Part shown: piece after piece, positions 12,666-26,741 of the stretch | Layout: each line of letters begins with the position of its first letter | How positions within the stretch are numbered: the first letter of the stretch is position 1 | Origin: Antedon mediterranea | Lineage: Eukaryota > Animalia > Echinodermata | Assembly (NCBI RefSeq): GCF_964355755.1 | Contig: NC_092670.1 | Span: 33,778,388 to 33,842,387, forward strand | Direction of reading: 5' to 3' | Length of the DNA stretch: 64,000 nucleotides | The notes under the pieces: model-generated | Databases searched by the model: none | Seen by the model: only the letters and a program-made list of their open reading frames with translations | What the model was told of the DNA's origin: nothing | Made by a program: the position numbers and the translations under genes

Positions 12666-15065
12666 ATGGCACACTCAGCCGTCTTATGCATCTGTCTGTT
12701 GTTTGTTCTTCTTGCCTTTGGACATGGTGAGTTTTTTTTAGCCTACGGTATATTTAGTTTTGAATATGGGCTGGCAAGGCCTATTTTAAAATTAATGTGC
12801 GGTTAGTTAAACGATTTTTAGCGAAAATTGTTACTCCTTTTTACGTGAACCGTTACAATTTCACTAATCCAATAAAGCCTGATTACCCATTTTCATGAAA
12901 AATCGTTACTTCTGGATAACTGAACGTCGAAAGGAAATATAAAAAAAAATGAATAATTGAATTGACTCAATGAACATCAATATCTAGAGACGGATTTCTT
13001 ATACTACTCGGACCTGTCAATCTAAATTTGGACAGAATTTTCTTAATGAAATGTTTCTTTCTCTTCATCGGATGATAATAATTTGCATTATATTTAACTC
13101 TGTATACTTTTATGTTATAATATTGTTTGTATTATTTTGAAATAATGTTTATCACTTTGTATTGCAGCAAAGACGTTTTCAAGAAGCCGAAGTTCATCAT
13201 CAGAAGAACATAACAGTAAGTCAGTCCAAATAAATCTGTCAATTAGTCTTACATTCATCTAAATGATGATGAAACTAAGCATATTGGTTGGTCCTATAAT
13301 TGACCAAGGGCTTCTCTCGTCCAGTCTCCACCTTACCAGAGAGGCATACACCAATATGTCTGAGGCAGATACTAGATGCAGTGGCAACCGTAAGAGTCAG
13401 CAATGCTGATTTCAAATGCCTAATTGAACCCCATCTCCATGTATACGACACCAGATATTCCCAGAAGGTCTCCAATTCCATTCGGGCCCAACGTTGACGT
13501 TAACTTCGCTATGTAGAAGATTTATATTCTTATAATATAAATATCACAAAGAGACCTGATGCTTTTCACTGATTTCGCAAAAGCATTTAACCAAGTGGAA
13601 AGAAATGTAACGTTAGAAGCTGTAAAGAAATTAGGATTTGTTCTTATTTTTAAAATTAAGGATAAAAGAAAGATAGTATGACATTACTCCTTAAAATGTA
13701 GTATGAATTCTTATTGCACAAGCAACGTGGGAGATAAAATTCCAACATAATGATATTTAATGGAATGGTATATAATAAGATTAAAAATTAAAGATGTATT
13801 GTCCCCCTGAAAAAAAAAATCATTATTTTTTTTTAATATCCTATTTTAATATCACATAATATTTATTCACTTTTTAACCAAAAATTGGATTGAAAAGTTA
13901 TTTAAATTATTTACTTGCACACATAGAAAACTGTAATTTAGGCTAAAGCAAAACATATCCAAATGGACCAGCCAATAGATTTTTGGTTGAAATTAACCAT
14001 TTATTTAGTCATTTTATAAGTGAAAACGTTTGTTTTCTTACGGAAGTGATTAATTTGATTAAAACTACAAAATAACCTATTCAAAGTCGGATTTAATTTA
14101 TCTTAATTTTTTAATTCTTTAGGGAAAATATATTTATAATTAAACAAGGCCATATAGATGGCTGCAGTTGCATGTCGAAGTTAGTTTTTACCGACCGACT
14201 GACCGACCGACCGACAGACCGACATAGTGAGCTGTGGAGTCACGTTGCATGCGAATAAAAACGTTATGGTTAAAAATTGTTGTTTTTCTTATTTAAAAAT
14301 CATGTTTAGATATTATAAAAGACAGTTCACTGAAAGATGCAGTAGACCATCTAGCTGAAGGCATAGAAGATGTAATCCAAACCATGCTTAACATGATGGA
14401 GCAACAGCTTCAAGGCCATGAAGACAATATCCTTGGCAGATTAGATGAAATCGACGAGAAGATTAACCACATCCAGCAATGCTCTTGCTCGAGTAAGTAT
14501 TTCACAAATGAACCGTCTATGAATACAGTTTACATCTTAGTATCAAAAGATAAAGATTGTTCGATATGTTCGGGTGAGAACATACCGAGTGGCAATAGGC
14601 CGGATAGCAAAATGTGAGGCGATAGTATAAATCCTATGTGCTCCCAAGATTGTTTTTGTCAGTAGAAACAGAAAGCAATTACCTATGAATTATAAACTGT
14701 ATAATTATTACTATTCATTGGAAAACGACATGTTCCTCAATTCATAATGATGTTTTTTTTTTCTTTTTTTCATTCATTTAGAGCGCTTTAGGGTGTTCTA
14801 CGCGGCAGATGGACGGTATACGCTGAATTTTGAACAAGCGAAACAAAAATGCATTGACAACGGTGCAAAAATCGCCACTGTCAATCAGTTACAAGCAGCA
14901 TATTCTTTTGGAATGGACCAATGCAACTTTGGGTGGTTGTCAGATGGCACCGTTCGATACCCAATCACAATGCCACGAGTAGGATGTGGAGAGGGACCTC
15001 CTGGCGTTCGAAGCTTGGGAACACAGGATAAGAGTAAAACTTACGATGTTTATTGTTTTAAGTAA
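12666..15065 (+). CDS. Secreted coiled-coil + Link-module protein, copy B (191 aa)
   Basis: Exons 12666-12726, 13168-13215, 14310-14492, 14782-15065 (61+48+183+284=576 nt), GT-AG, all phase 1, join into one open frame: [51 protein letters not shown]...[17 protein letters not shown]...VYCFK. Confidence 0.88.
13290..13509 (-). mobile_element. 5S rRNA-derived SINE (SINE3-like) relic in intron 2; also ~30325-30533 and ~54467-54676
   Basis: Minus strand reads CGAAGTTAA..CAACGTTGGGCCCG...GGAGACCTTCTGGGAATATCTGGTGTCGTA, resembling the 3' half of 5S rRNA, followed by a non-5S body. Confidence 0.65.
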
Positions 15066-18000
15066 CCAAACTAATAGGAACAATAATCATAAAATATATT
15101 ATTGATAATTATTATCTTATGTTGTATTAGCATTTAGGCGTATAATCATCATTACAAAAACTTTCTGATAAGATAAGAGTAAAACTTACTTTGTTTATTG
15201 TTTTAAGAATCCATCAAAACTTATCTAATAATACAATATTATCAATGATATTTTGATTAATATACGTTCTTTAATAAACATTTATGAAAGATTTACAAAA
15301 TGTATCTTTACTTTTTGACACATGTACTGGTTATAAAATGATTTTACTTAGTTATTAGCCTTAGCGTAGTAGTCTGTTGACAGCGCGAGGTGAAGAAGAT
15401 GAGACGCTCACGCTATCAAAAGATGATTGCAAGGGTACCTTGCACGACATTTCGGTTGTTAATAGGGGGTTTTCGCATGAACGTAAACGTTAAGTGTAAC
15501 ACTGTCTCCGCTCATATTGTAAACAGATCGATCTGCGCGTGCGCAAGCAATACAAAAAACTTTACGTACCTCGAGAACCTTATCTCTGAAAATAGCGTCA
15601 ATGAAAAATAACCAAAGGGTATCGAAACATGGAAGAATCATTACATTTCTGCAAAATGTTTAAGAAAACACATGATAAATTTAATTAATAATTTATGTTT
15701 TTACTTAAGCTAAACAATAAAAATTGTTCAACGAAATTTTTCAGCCAATATGCATGGTAAAACAAGCCTAGGTATTCCATGAGTTGTTCTAAAAAACTGT
15801 AATTAAAGCAAAAAATAGTTAAATTGACTGGAATTCAATGTGGTTTTAGTTGAATTTAATCATCTATTTTGTCTTTTTATAAGTGAAAACTTTTTTTTTT
15901 CCTACGAAAGTTATTAAATTTATTAAAACTGCGACATAACAATTTATTAGTCTTTTTATTGATTTTTTTAGAGGACAATGTATTTTTAATATAAAAAGAA
16001 AACAAGGCAATGTACATGGTTGCAGTTGCGTGCCCAAACTTTAGTTAGTGTTTCCCGACCAACCGACCGACATAGTGAGCTGTAGAGTCGCGTTTGCACA
16101 GGACTAAGAAGCGGGCATGCGCATCCTACGACAGCGTGTGTAATACCTTTAGTTTAGTCTTAATTTAAAAGCTAGAAGAGCTTCACCCGCGATCAAATTT
16201 GGTGAAATCTTGACATCTGAAGGACATCAACACTTCCTACCAGAATTCAACAACATGGACCACCGTAACGCGGACACATTAAATATCTCGAAATGCAGAA
16301 CATCGCTAGGATTGTTGTGACATCTTGTTATTATCGATCGTATAAGGTTATATGTATAAATATCAATCAATAATCTTTTATTTCAGCATAACACTATAGA
16401 AAATACAAACAATACAAACGAAAACAAAAGCATCAGCACAATTCAAAAACTTAAAACACACTGCTCTCAGTATCATCATCTGTGTAGAATAAAATTAAAA
16501 CATCTTAGATTAAAGATACAGACAATATGACCTAATAATACAAAAGCATCAGTAAAATTCGAAAAATGTAAACACAATGCTCTCAGTATCATCATCTATG
16601 TAGAATAAAATACAACAATCTTTTATAACATAAAAAAAAACATATAAAGATACAAACAATTCGACAAAATAATACAAAAGCATCAGACAAATTCCAAGTA
16701 TTAAAAACATTTTTTTATATTATACGAACATAAAGACAATCATTCGTTGTTCTTTCTATCATGACATTATTCCACACGTGATCGATTATTATTGATACTG
16801 GATTTCGTTTTACATCATGCGATAATCGAAAAACGAAAACAAAAACAAATAAAAAATTCAATAAATAAAAATTAAATGAATTATTTTAAATTAAATCTCA
16901 GGGACATCTGTACTTATATTGCTAATTTAAAACAAATATATTAATTGGTTTTCTATAAGGTACTTTTTTATTTGTCCAAGTGTGCTACGAATAATTACTT
17001 ATTTTATATATAAAACATGAATAGTATTCACGAAAATAAATTGATAATTACCACATAAGGTATTAATCTGCTGGAACCAAAAATATAAGCCCTGCCCGGG
17101 AAAAAAAGAAAAAAAAACATTGAAAGTGCAATTTTATGGAGAATAACATACCGTATCCAAAATCTACCAAATCCAGTTTAGGGAAAATTTTTAGACGTAT
17201 TTTTGATTCTCCAGAAATTGTCTAAAATGGCATGAAAATTCATTTGTTAGAAATAAAGATTAAATTGATTATTCAAATTAAATTATCTTCACACGCACAT
17301 CTGTAATTTATATTGTTAATTTAAAACGAATATATTAGTTGGTTTTCTATGAGGTACTTTTTATTTGTCCTCGTGTGTTACTAATAATTACTTATTTTAA
17401 ATATTAAAATGAATATTTTTTTAACAGTATACAATGCGTTATGCTGTATTCACGAAAATAAATTTATAATTAGCATAGTGGACATAAGGTATTCGGGTAG
17501 TTGAACCAAGAACATGGGACCTACTTTACAAAAAAATGAAAGCGCAAATTTTATGGAGAATAACATATCCAAAATCGATTAAAATCCAGTTTGGGGAAAC
17601 TTTTTAGACGTATTTTTAATTCTCCAAAAAATGTCGAAAAATGGAAACTAACTAATTTTAAAAAAAAAACTAATTTGTTAAAAAAAAATGTTTCTCATGT
17701 GCCTTTATCTACTTTTAAGTTGAATACAGATTTGGAAAAATGGCCGAAAATCAAATTAAAAAGTAACTTTATCTTTTAAAAAATCGATATAGGTCTATAG
17801 CATGGTTGTATATGAAGTAGACGGCAATTGAATAGGCCTACAATTGATTTTCTACATACTAACAGGAGTTTTCTGAACGAACTATTGCTGTTGTGTAACT
17901 TTTTAAATATTGTCAATTGTATTCCACAGTATTAGTCAAGGAGAAAAATCTGAAAAGATGCTTAGAAATCAAGTTAGGGTGAGTGGAATTTTAGAGGCAG

Positions 18001-18088
18001 TCAACATAGCCAGAATATCCTAATTAATCCGTTCTGATCACTTTAAGCCCAATTGATACTTGATTTTTTCCCTTTTTGTCTGAAATAG

Positions 18089-18608
18089 AAGAAGTCAACG
18101 AGAATGTGAACGACATTAAAAAATGCACATGCTCAAGTAAGTAAATTCTTCTCAAATTAAGTATCTGTATAAAGCGGGAAAGGGTCTAAGTTACAGATAG
18201 AATGGTGATTTTGTCATGGTTGTTCGGGAGCCCAATTTGTTTATATTTCATCTGTTAAGCACCAAAAATACAATTTATAAAACAAATAAATGGTATCTCA
18301 TGAAACCATGGAATCAGACCTTTATATTGTATTGTATTAATTGTTAGAGCGCTTTTGGGTGTTCTGCGTTGCAGTTGGACGGTATACGCTGAATTTTGAA
18401 CAAACGAAACAAAAATGCATTGACAACGGTGCAAAAACCGCCACTCCCAATCAGTTAAAAGCAGCACAAGCCCATGTAATGGTTATGACCGATGCCAAGC
18501 TGGTTAGTTGTCAGACGGCAGTTTTTGATCTGACCTGATCACAATGCCATGATGGGGATGTGGAGACGGACTTCCTGGCATCACACTTACGATGTTTATT
18601 GTTTTAAG
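18089..18608 (+). pseudogene. Link pseudogene psi1, spacer 2
   Basis: Near-identical to 3501-4020 with the same lesions. Confidence 0.85.
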
Positions 18609-19246
18609 AAACCAAACTAATAGGAACAAAAACCTTAAAATATATTATTGATAATTATTCGAAATTACATAACTTTACCGATTAAATAATGTGATTACTT
18701 GTAAAACCATCGATCATAGTTTGAACAAATTTGCATTTACAGTATTTGGTAACTAATACGCATATTAAAATGTTGATGACCTTATGTCAACTGATGAAAT
18801 TGACCTTATGTCAACTGATGAATTGATATTTTATTCGATCTTTTACATTGATATGATTGATTAACAGGATGAGAAAACATTCAATTTTTATTAAATATTG
18901 GTTTTTATTTGGTTTTATAGGTACATTCTATGATTGGTCAATATTGACATTTGACCATTAATCACAAGGGAATTTTTTTCATAAGGTGATTGAATAGACA
19001 CCTATAATCATAAAATGTAATAAAAGACCAAATTGTGCTTCAATAAATTTGTTATATACATATACATAATACATTGTTGTAATTGGTCAATTTTGAACTT
19101 CGACCCCTTATAACTCGAAAATGCTTCCTTCCATATTCGTAATCTACGGAAAATTCGGGTCTAGAAAAGTTGGATGGAAATTTGTCCCCTTTCGGGTGGT
19201 GATTCCAACCCCCCTTCCCCCCCCCCCCCCCACCCCCTCCCCCACC

Positions 19247-20184
19247 TATCATCATCTATGTAGAATAAAATACAAAAATCTTTTATAACATAAAAAAAAA
19301 CATATAAAGATACAAACAATTCGACAAAATAATACAAAAGCATCAGACAAATTCCAAGTATTAAAAACATTTTTTTATATTATACGAACATAAAGACAAT
19401 CATTCGTTGTTCTTTCTATCATGACATTATTCCACACGTGATCGATTATTATTGATACTGGATTTCGTTTTACATCATGCGATAATCGAAAAACGAAAAC
19501 AAAAACAAATAAAAAATTCAATAAATAAAAATTAAATGAATTATTTTAAATTAAATCTCACGGACATATGTACTTATATTGCTAATTTAAAACAAATATA
19601 TTAATTGGTTTTTTATAAGGTACTTTTTTATTTGTCCAAGTGTACTAAGAATAATTACTTATTTTTTATATAAAACATGAATAGTATTCACGAAAATAAA
19701 TTGATAATTACCACATAAGGTATTAATCTGCTGGAACCAAAAATATAAGCCCTGCCCGGGAAAAAAAGGAAAAAAAAAAACATTGAAAGTACAATTTTAT
19801 GGAGAATAACATACCGTATCCAAAATCTACCAAATCCAGTTTAGGGATGAGAAAACATTCAATTTTTATTAAATATTAGTTTTTATTTGGTTTTATAGGT
19901 ACATTCTATGATTGGTCAATATTGACATTTGACCATTAATCACAAGGGAATTTTTTTCATAAGGTGATTGAATAGACACCTATAATCATAAAATGTAATA
20001 AAAGACCAAATTGTGCTTAAATAAATTATATACATATACATAATACATTGTTGTAATTGGTCAATTTTGAACTTCGACCCCTTATAACTCGAAAATGCTT
20101 CCTTCCATATTCGTAATCTACGGAAAATTCGGGTCTAGAAAAGTTGGATGGAAATTTGTCTCCTTTCGGGTGGTGATTCCAACC
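19247..20184 (+). repeat. Local two-segment duplication unique to spacer 2
   Basis: 19247-19847 repeats ~16587-17184 and 19845-20184 repeats ~18867-19210. Confidence 0.85.
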
Positions 20185-20196
20185 AACGCCCCCCCC

Positions 20197-20528
<332 letters not shown>

Positions 20529-22041
20529 TAATAAACAGTTATGAAAGATTTACAAGATGTATGTTTACTTTTTGACACATGTACTGGTTATTGGTTATAC
20601 AATTATTTCACTAAGCCAAAAACTGGCGTACTGATCTGTTGACAGCACGGGGTGCAAACGTTTTAAAAGACGTCAACCTATCACCAAAAAAGTGAAAACA
20701 AATGGAAATTAAACTATAAATTCCAGTACATTAGCAACATAAATCTAGTATGTAAAACTGTAGTTACGTGTCATATGGCTATCAACGTTTTGTGCCATAA
20801 ACAAATTTGCAAAAGATGTCGCCATTTTTGTGCCCATTGCTGAGCCATGAATTTGGAGGTAATAAATAAAAATTGTTGTTGGTTAAAAGCTAATATATAT
20901 ATATATATCGTTTCAAATTAATTAATTAAATTTCAGTGTATCACCGGGCAGTTTCAAATTAATGTTCATTGCCTAATGTGTTTATATATATAAAAGTATT
21001 TCTTTGGAGATCCCGCCTCGTGAATAAAAATACTGAAAGATGAGGGCGTATCAATTTGATCTCTGGTGCGCGTGCGTACAACTGAGGACTAGTGCTGTTC
21101 CGCCGTACCACGCCGAGAATGTTAAAGAGTCGCTATCCAATCGAGTTTGAACAATACCATGAAAGCCCCAGTGGTCTAATGGTTAGGACATCTGCATATC
21201 AAGCAGGCGGCTACTATATTTGAATATCAATTTCAAGGAATTATACTTTCTGTTATTTTCAGTTACCGTACCACACACACATCTATATATTCAATTATAC
21301 ATATACATATTAGTAAAGTATACACTTGAAGGTTCTTATAAAAGTAAACATGCATATAAAAACAAATAAACGAATCACATATGTATACATATTTATAAAT
21401 AAAGTGAGAAAAAAACAAACTAACAAACATGGCAAAAATCAACTAATAATAGCCTATCAAATGGTATTTCTCTTATAGGTAAAAAATAATCAAATGTAAA
21501 AAACATGTGCGTAAACTAAATTTGCAGATAAAAGATACTCTTTGAATTTAATTTTAAAGAATATAAAGAATTGCAATTGCGAATATCTTGGTTAAATTTT
21601 ATTCCATATTTTCTGACCCTGTCCTCTGATAGAAGACCTAGCAAGGTCAGTAACAAAAAAGTGGGTTCTATACAAATTAGATGATCTATTTTCATATGAA
21701 TGAAAACAATATGATTTAATAAAATAATTAGAAAATATGTCAAGAAGTAAGTTATTGTGGAATTTATACATGAAAATTGCAATTTGAAGTTTGTGGATAT
21801 CAAAAACTTTAAGACTGTTTAATTTATGGAATAAAGGAAATGAAGGAGCTAGGTAATGCGAGTGTGTACAAAGACGCATACTTTTTTTTTGTATGTGAAG
21901 TGAATGCAGGTGGCAGTTATTAAAATCAGCCCATATAATATAGGAAAAATGAATATGTGGTAAAACAAGATTTTGATAAAGCATAAATAGGGTTTCAGTT
22001 ATTAGTGTCAATTTTAGTTCGAAAAGGATACCGGTATATTT

Positions 22042-22967
22042 TTCAATTCAATTCAAGGAACATTTATTCACGTCCAAAAGACAAAAGTAACAAAAACAAA
22101 ATGGCAAGAGATAAAACAAGAAAATGGACGAAGGCAAATCTCAAAAAGATTACAATCTTGTGACGGGATTGCCTTTACAAAATATTTAAATTAAGAGAAG
22201 AAAAAAAAAATATAAATAAAGAAAATAAATTAATTAAACAATAAAGAAATACAAAATATATATAAAACCAGTAGATAAAAGTTGGAATAAAAAATAAAAA
22301 AAGAACAGAAAAAAGTACAGCTGCATGGCATATAGCGAATATGATGACAAATGAATAATAAAGATAGCAAGTCACGGAACATGGAAACAACGACCATATC
22401 AAACAGATCGATCAGTAATGAGACAAAAGGTAATTTTTTATGTTATTATTGAATGAATAGCGGTTAGCAGCACAGGAAATTGAGGGGGGTAAATTGTTAA
22501 ACAATAGAGGTCCAGAATATCTAATGCTATGTTGAAAATAATTGGTGTTATGGTTAGGGATATATATGTTATTTCTTGTTCTAGTATAATATTTATGAAC
22601 GGTATTATTAGGAGCGAAAAGGTCGTTAAGATGGCAAGGGAGAAGTGAGTGAGTGGCCAAAAAAACAAAGACACCTTGCTGGGATAGGTTAATATCCGAG
22701 AGTTTGAGAAGTTTGAGTTTGGAGAATAAGTGGGAGGAATGTGACAGTGGATGAGCGCCAGATATAGTCCTGATAGCTTTTTTTTGTAGGATAGAGAGTT
22801 TAATGATGTTTGAAGGGTAAGTGTTGGCCCAGACAATGTTACCATAGCTCAAATAAGGAAGGATGAGTGTGCAATAAAGGGTCCTGAGAATATTAGTTGG
22901 GAGGAAGGAAGAAAGCCTAGAAATGATCCCAAGGTTCTTAGACACTTTGTTCACAAGAACAAAGTGA
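22042..22967 (-). mobile_element. 5'-truncated L2-group LINE, only in spacer 2
   Basis: Open RT C-terminus (LY..LILPYLSYG.IVW...LQKKAIR), 3' UTR, AATAAA and (TTGAA)n tail; empty site ggtatattttgaaacaag at ~49041-49058. Confidence 0.85.
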
Positions 22968-25770
22968 AACAAGATTGGTGACATACATGTTATTGTCAAT
23001 AATTATCAACATTAAGATAAGTGCGGTTATAATGTTTATTTTTAAATAGCATGTATGTGGTTTTATACAAGTTGAGAGACAGAATATTAGCTTTTAGCCA
23101 GGTTGATACCTTTGTCATTTCAAAATTTACTGTGCGAATGAGATGTGTAATGTTAGAGTGTGATGCTAATAAATGTGTATCATCAGCGTAAATGATAAAT
23201 GAAAAGAAGTTACTAGAATGTATAATTATTATCATTTAAATATAAAATAAACAACAAGGGACCCAGAATCGACCCTTGAGGCACACCGTATGCAATTATT
23301 CCGATTTCACGATTTCTGACCATTGTAAATAACAAATTGTGTTCTGTTTGTAATATAATTCCTCAACCACTCAAAGGCAATCCCACGAACCCCGGAATTT
23401 TTTAGTTTTAGTAAAAGTATTTCGTGGTCTATCGTTTCGAAAGCCTTGGAGAGGTCCAGGAAAATTCCTAGAGTATGGCATTTTTGGTCTAACTCAGTCA
23501 CAATTTTATTATAGGCTTCAAGTATCGCCATGTATGAGGAATGTTTAGATCTAAAACCAAATTTGGGAATTGTGTAATAAATTAAAACAAGAAATAAAAT
23601 TATATAGGCCTAGTCTTGTGTGGACAATTTTTTCTAATAGTTTTGAAAAGACGGGAAGAACTAAAATTGAGTCTGTAATTACACGAGAGATTTTGATCAC
23701 TCTTTTTGTAAATTGGGACAACTTTAGCGGTTTATTGGGTTTGGAGGGACAGAAATTGGACTCAATTTGTCCCATAAACAAATATGCAAAAGAGGACGCC
23801 ATTTTTGTGCCCATCGCTCTTCCATGAATTTAAAGGTAATGGTCATTTCCAAAAAAAAAAAAATTAATTGTTGTTGGTTAAAATCAACATGACCAGTTCT
23901 CGTAAATGAGCTTTAGTAGGCGTTTTACCTGGAATCTGTTTGTAAATTAAAATTCTTGAGGGATATTAGTATACAACGATGAAACATTTAATGTAGCCAG
24001 AACAGAATTATTAAGTAAATTTTGAATTTGGTTAATTTTGTGGCAGGATAAAGTCCGTGTAGTCCTGAATGTAAAGGGAGATCAGTCAAATCATGGTCCA
24101 AGCTCTTTAGCAGTGCCATTGCCCGAAATAATGGGTCTACCAGGATTGCCTGCTGTATGGATTTTAGGTAGGAAATAAAATCTGCCTTCAACATGATTAA
24201 CCTGTACAAAATGAGGTCCAATCTTAGGAACGATGGAGTGTTTTTTTACCATCACAGAAACACCTTTTATCCGCAATTGCATTGGTGGGATCCGTTGCAA
24301 TTTTACGATAATGAAGAGGATTGTTTAGCTTGCCTTCATAAAATTTGATGTCCATAGCAACAGTGGCAGAACCTTTATCAGCGGGTTTAATGGTGATATC
24401 ATTACGCTGATGCAATTTGGCAATGGCCTGCCTCTCTTGTTTTGAGAGATTGTCACGTTTCTGGATTCGGGACGTAGTTTTGTACATCCTCCTCAATAGC
24501 CTGAATAAATGCAGGAATTTCTCTGTTCAACTTCATAGTTCTAGAGTGAATATCAACTTAAAACTCAGTGAGGATGTTGCGGCAATTGCCAATTTGGATC
24601 TCATAGAGTGAAGCATTTTTGTGAAGGAAAGCGTTCCAACGGGAACGCATGCCATCATCTGCAAATCGAATACCAGATGTGACATAAAATTGAAGTTCTT
24701 TCGGGGCCGAATGTATCTGTGTGCTATGTAATGGAAAGGCTTGATAAGCAATGATATCTCTCTTTGTAGCCCCAAAGCCGATTTTCCACTTGCGTGGATT
24801 GAAAGCATCAGCTTATACGCATGTGTAATCAAGTGTCCATCTTCAAAATCCCTCTTTACGCCTTCGATTCGCCCGAACAAATTCGCCTAGTAAAAAATCG
24901 GCTTAACAACAAATACAATGCTTTATCTGACAAATAGTCTGTTAAAGGTGGCCTACATTTATTTTGTTTAAACCTCATTCAGAAACACACACAAAAACTC
25001 ACATAGTCCATACTTTTTGTTGGTCTTCAAACAGGTCTCTTTACTTTCTTTCTTTCTTTTTTTTATCCTACATCTCCATTTTTCCAAATAAAAGATGGTT
25101 AAATCCAACAATTCCATCGACAGGAGTGGCGGCGCGAATGAATTTGCCGGTTGTCAAATTGTACGGAAATAGATTATGAAATTTCAATTTGTACTCTATA
25201 GTACCAGGGGAGATGGGAATTAGAGACGGAGTAATTCAATTCAATGTTTTATTTCAAAAATTAAAAGTACGAATACATTTTTATAAAAATAAACTGACTA
25301 ACAAGTTACTAATACGACGCGCTCTCATCTCAGGATGGCACTTGTTATTGAATACATGAGAAAAAAAAATCGGTTGACTTATGTGAACAAATGTTTTCCT
25401 TACGTTCATACCAGGGTGTCACGAAACCTAAGACCACGAAAGCTTAGACCCCCTAAGACCTAAGATATCGAAAGCTAAGACCCAAGACCTAAGATTACAA
25501 ATATTTATCTTTCGCACCTGCCTTGTATTTTAAGTCCCAACATTTATTCTGAATACCACACCTTAGAATTGGCACTTTTATGAAAAAGAATAACATAAAA
25601 AGTAACAAATACAATTTTAAATTGATGATTTTACAGACGTTTTTCTCGCACACAAACTGTTTGCGAATTTCGCATGACTAGCCTACAGTACAGTAGGCCT
25701 ACCCCGTGTTCAATGTTTTTTGTTTCAAAAGAGCAAACATTATATAGAGGGCTGAAAACTCTGTGGAGTC

Positions 25771-26741
25771 TAGTCTGGGTTCCAGACGGAGTTTTGTCTT
25801 AATATTAGTAAAAAGATAAATATTTTGGCACATATGGCGTTTCATACGTATACTACTTGATTTTGGATACTCCGTCTGGGGAAACACGCACAAGTCACGT
25901 GGTTTGACACCAAGAATTCTTGGTGCATACGATTATCCGGTTGACTAGTTTCTGCTGCATGCGATTGGCTACTCACTCGTACACCGTTTTAATATTCATA
26001 TTTCAGAATTTCAAAGACTCAACAACTAAGATGATGCGCATGCGCTATGTTACGTTTAGACAATGTGTTCTTGGACTTTGGGTACATTTATGAAAGTTTC
26101 TGAAGGCTAGAAATTATTTTATATGCCTAGTAGTCTGGTAAACATTTGATGGTATTTTTCCCAAGAACATGAAAACTCGTCTTGATATGATAGGCTAGCT
26201 TCTCCGCAAATCAAACATTGAATGGATCATTTATTACGCGGAGATAATTTTGATTTCCCACCCAGACCCTGTCCTGTTCTGTGTGGTGTGTAGCCCTGTT
26301 GTGTGCCGGTGGTATGTAGGCCTACTTTATTGGCGTTTTATTTGGCAGGTCATACGTGCGAGTTGAGTAGGACCTACGAAAGAGGCCTAGGCCAAGGACT
26401 AAACAATTAATAAACAAAACAACTTGGCATTACGATTTAGTATATTTCAACCAACTCCATGTTTCAACAGTCTCGATCGTACATTCAGCACTGTCCGTAC
26501 TCGATCTTTTTCATTTTGAAACAAAATGATCATTGGTTGATTCGAAATCCATATTTACATACCGCCCGCCCCATATAGCCAAATACGGTATGATAACCTA
26601 CGTCATTCTTATCGGATGTTTGCGGTCTGCAAATCGATTTCTATACGTGTTTCACAAGTCTGTATTTTCAGACAAAAATCGCGGTCGAAATAAAAACAAA
26701 AAAATTAAAAAAAAAGATAATACAGACTTGGGGCAACTCTA
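25771..26741. mobile_element. 971-bp non-autonomous DNA element, TAG...CTA ends, 9-bp TSD, nested in the Mutator-like element
   Basis: TSD TGTGGAGTC at 25762-25770 and 26742-26750; single copy of the site in spacers 1 and 3. Confidence 0.85.

Noticed and set aside
13441-13509. Functional 5S rRNA gene
   Set aside because: 5' part missing, internal deletion, fused to other sequence.
14493-14617. ORF read-through from exon 3 into intron 3 (possible Link-less isoform)
   Set aside because: Strong gtaagt donor; being open in three recent copies is not evidence of selection; needs RNA data.
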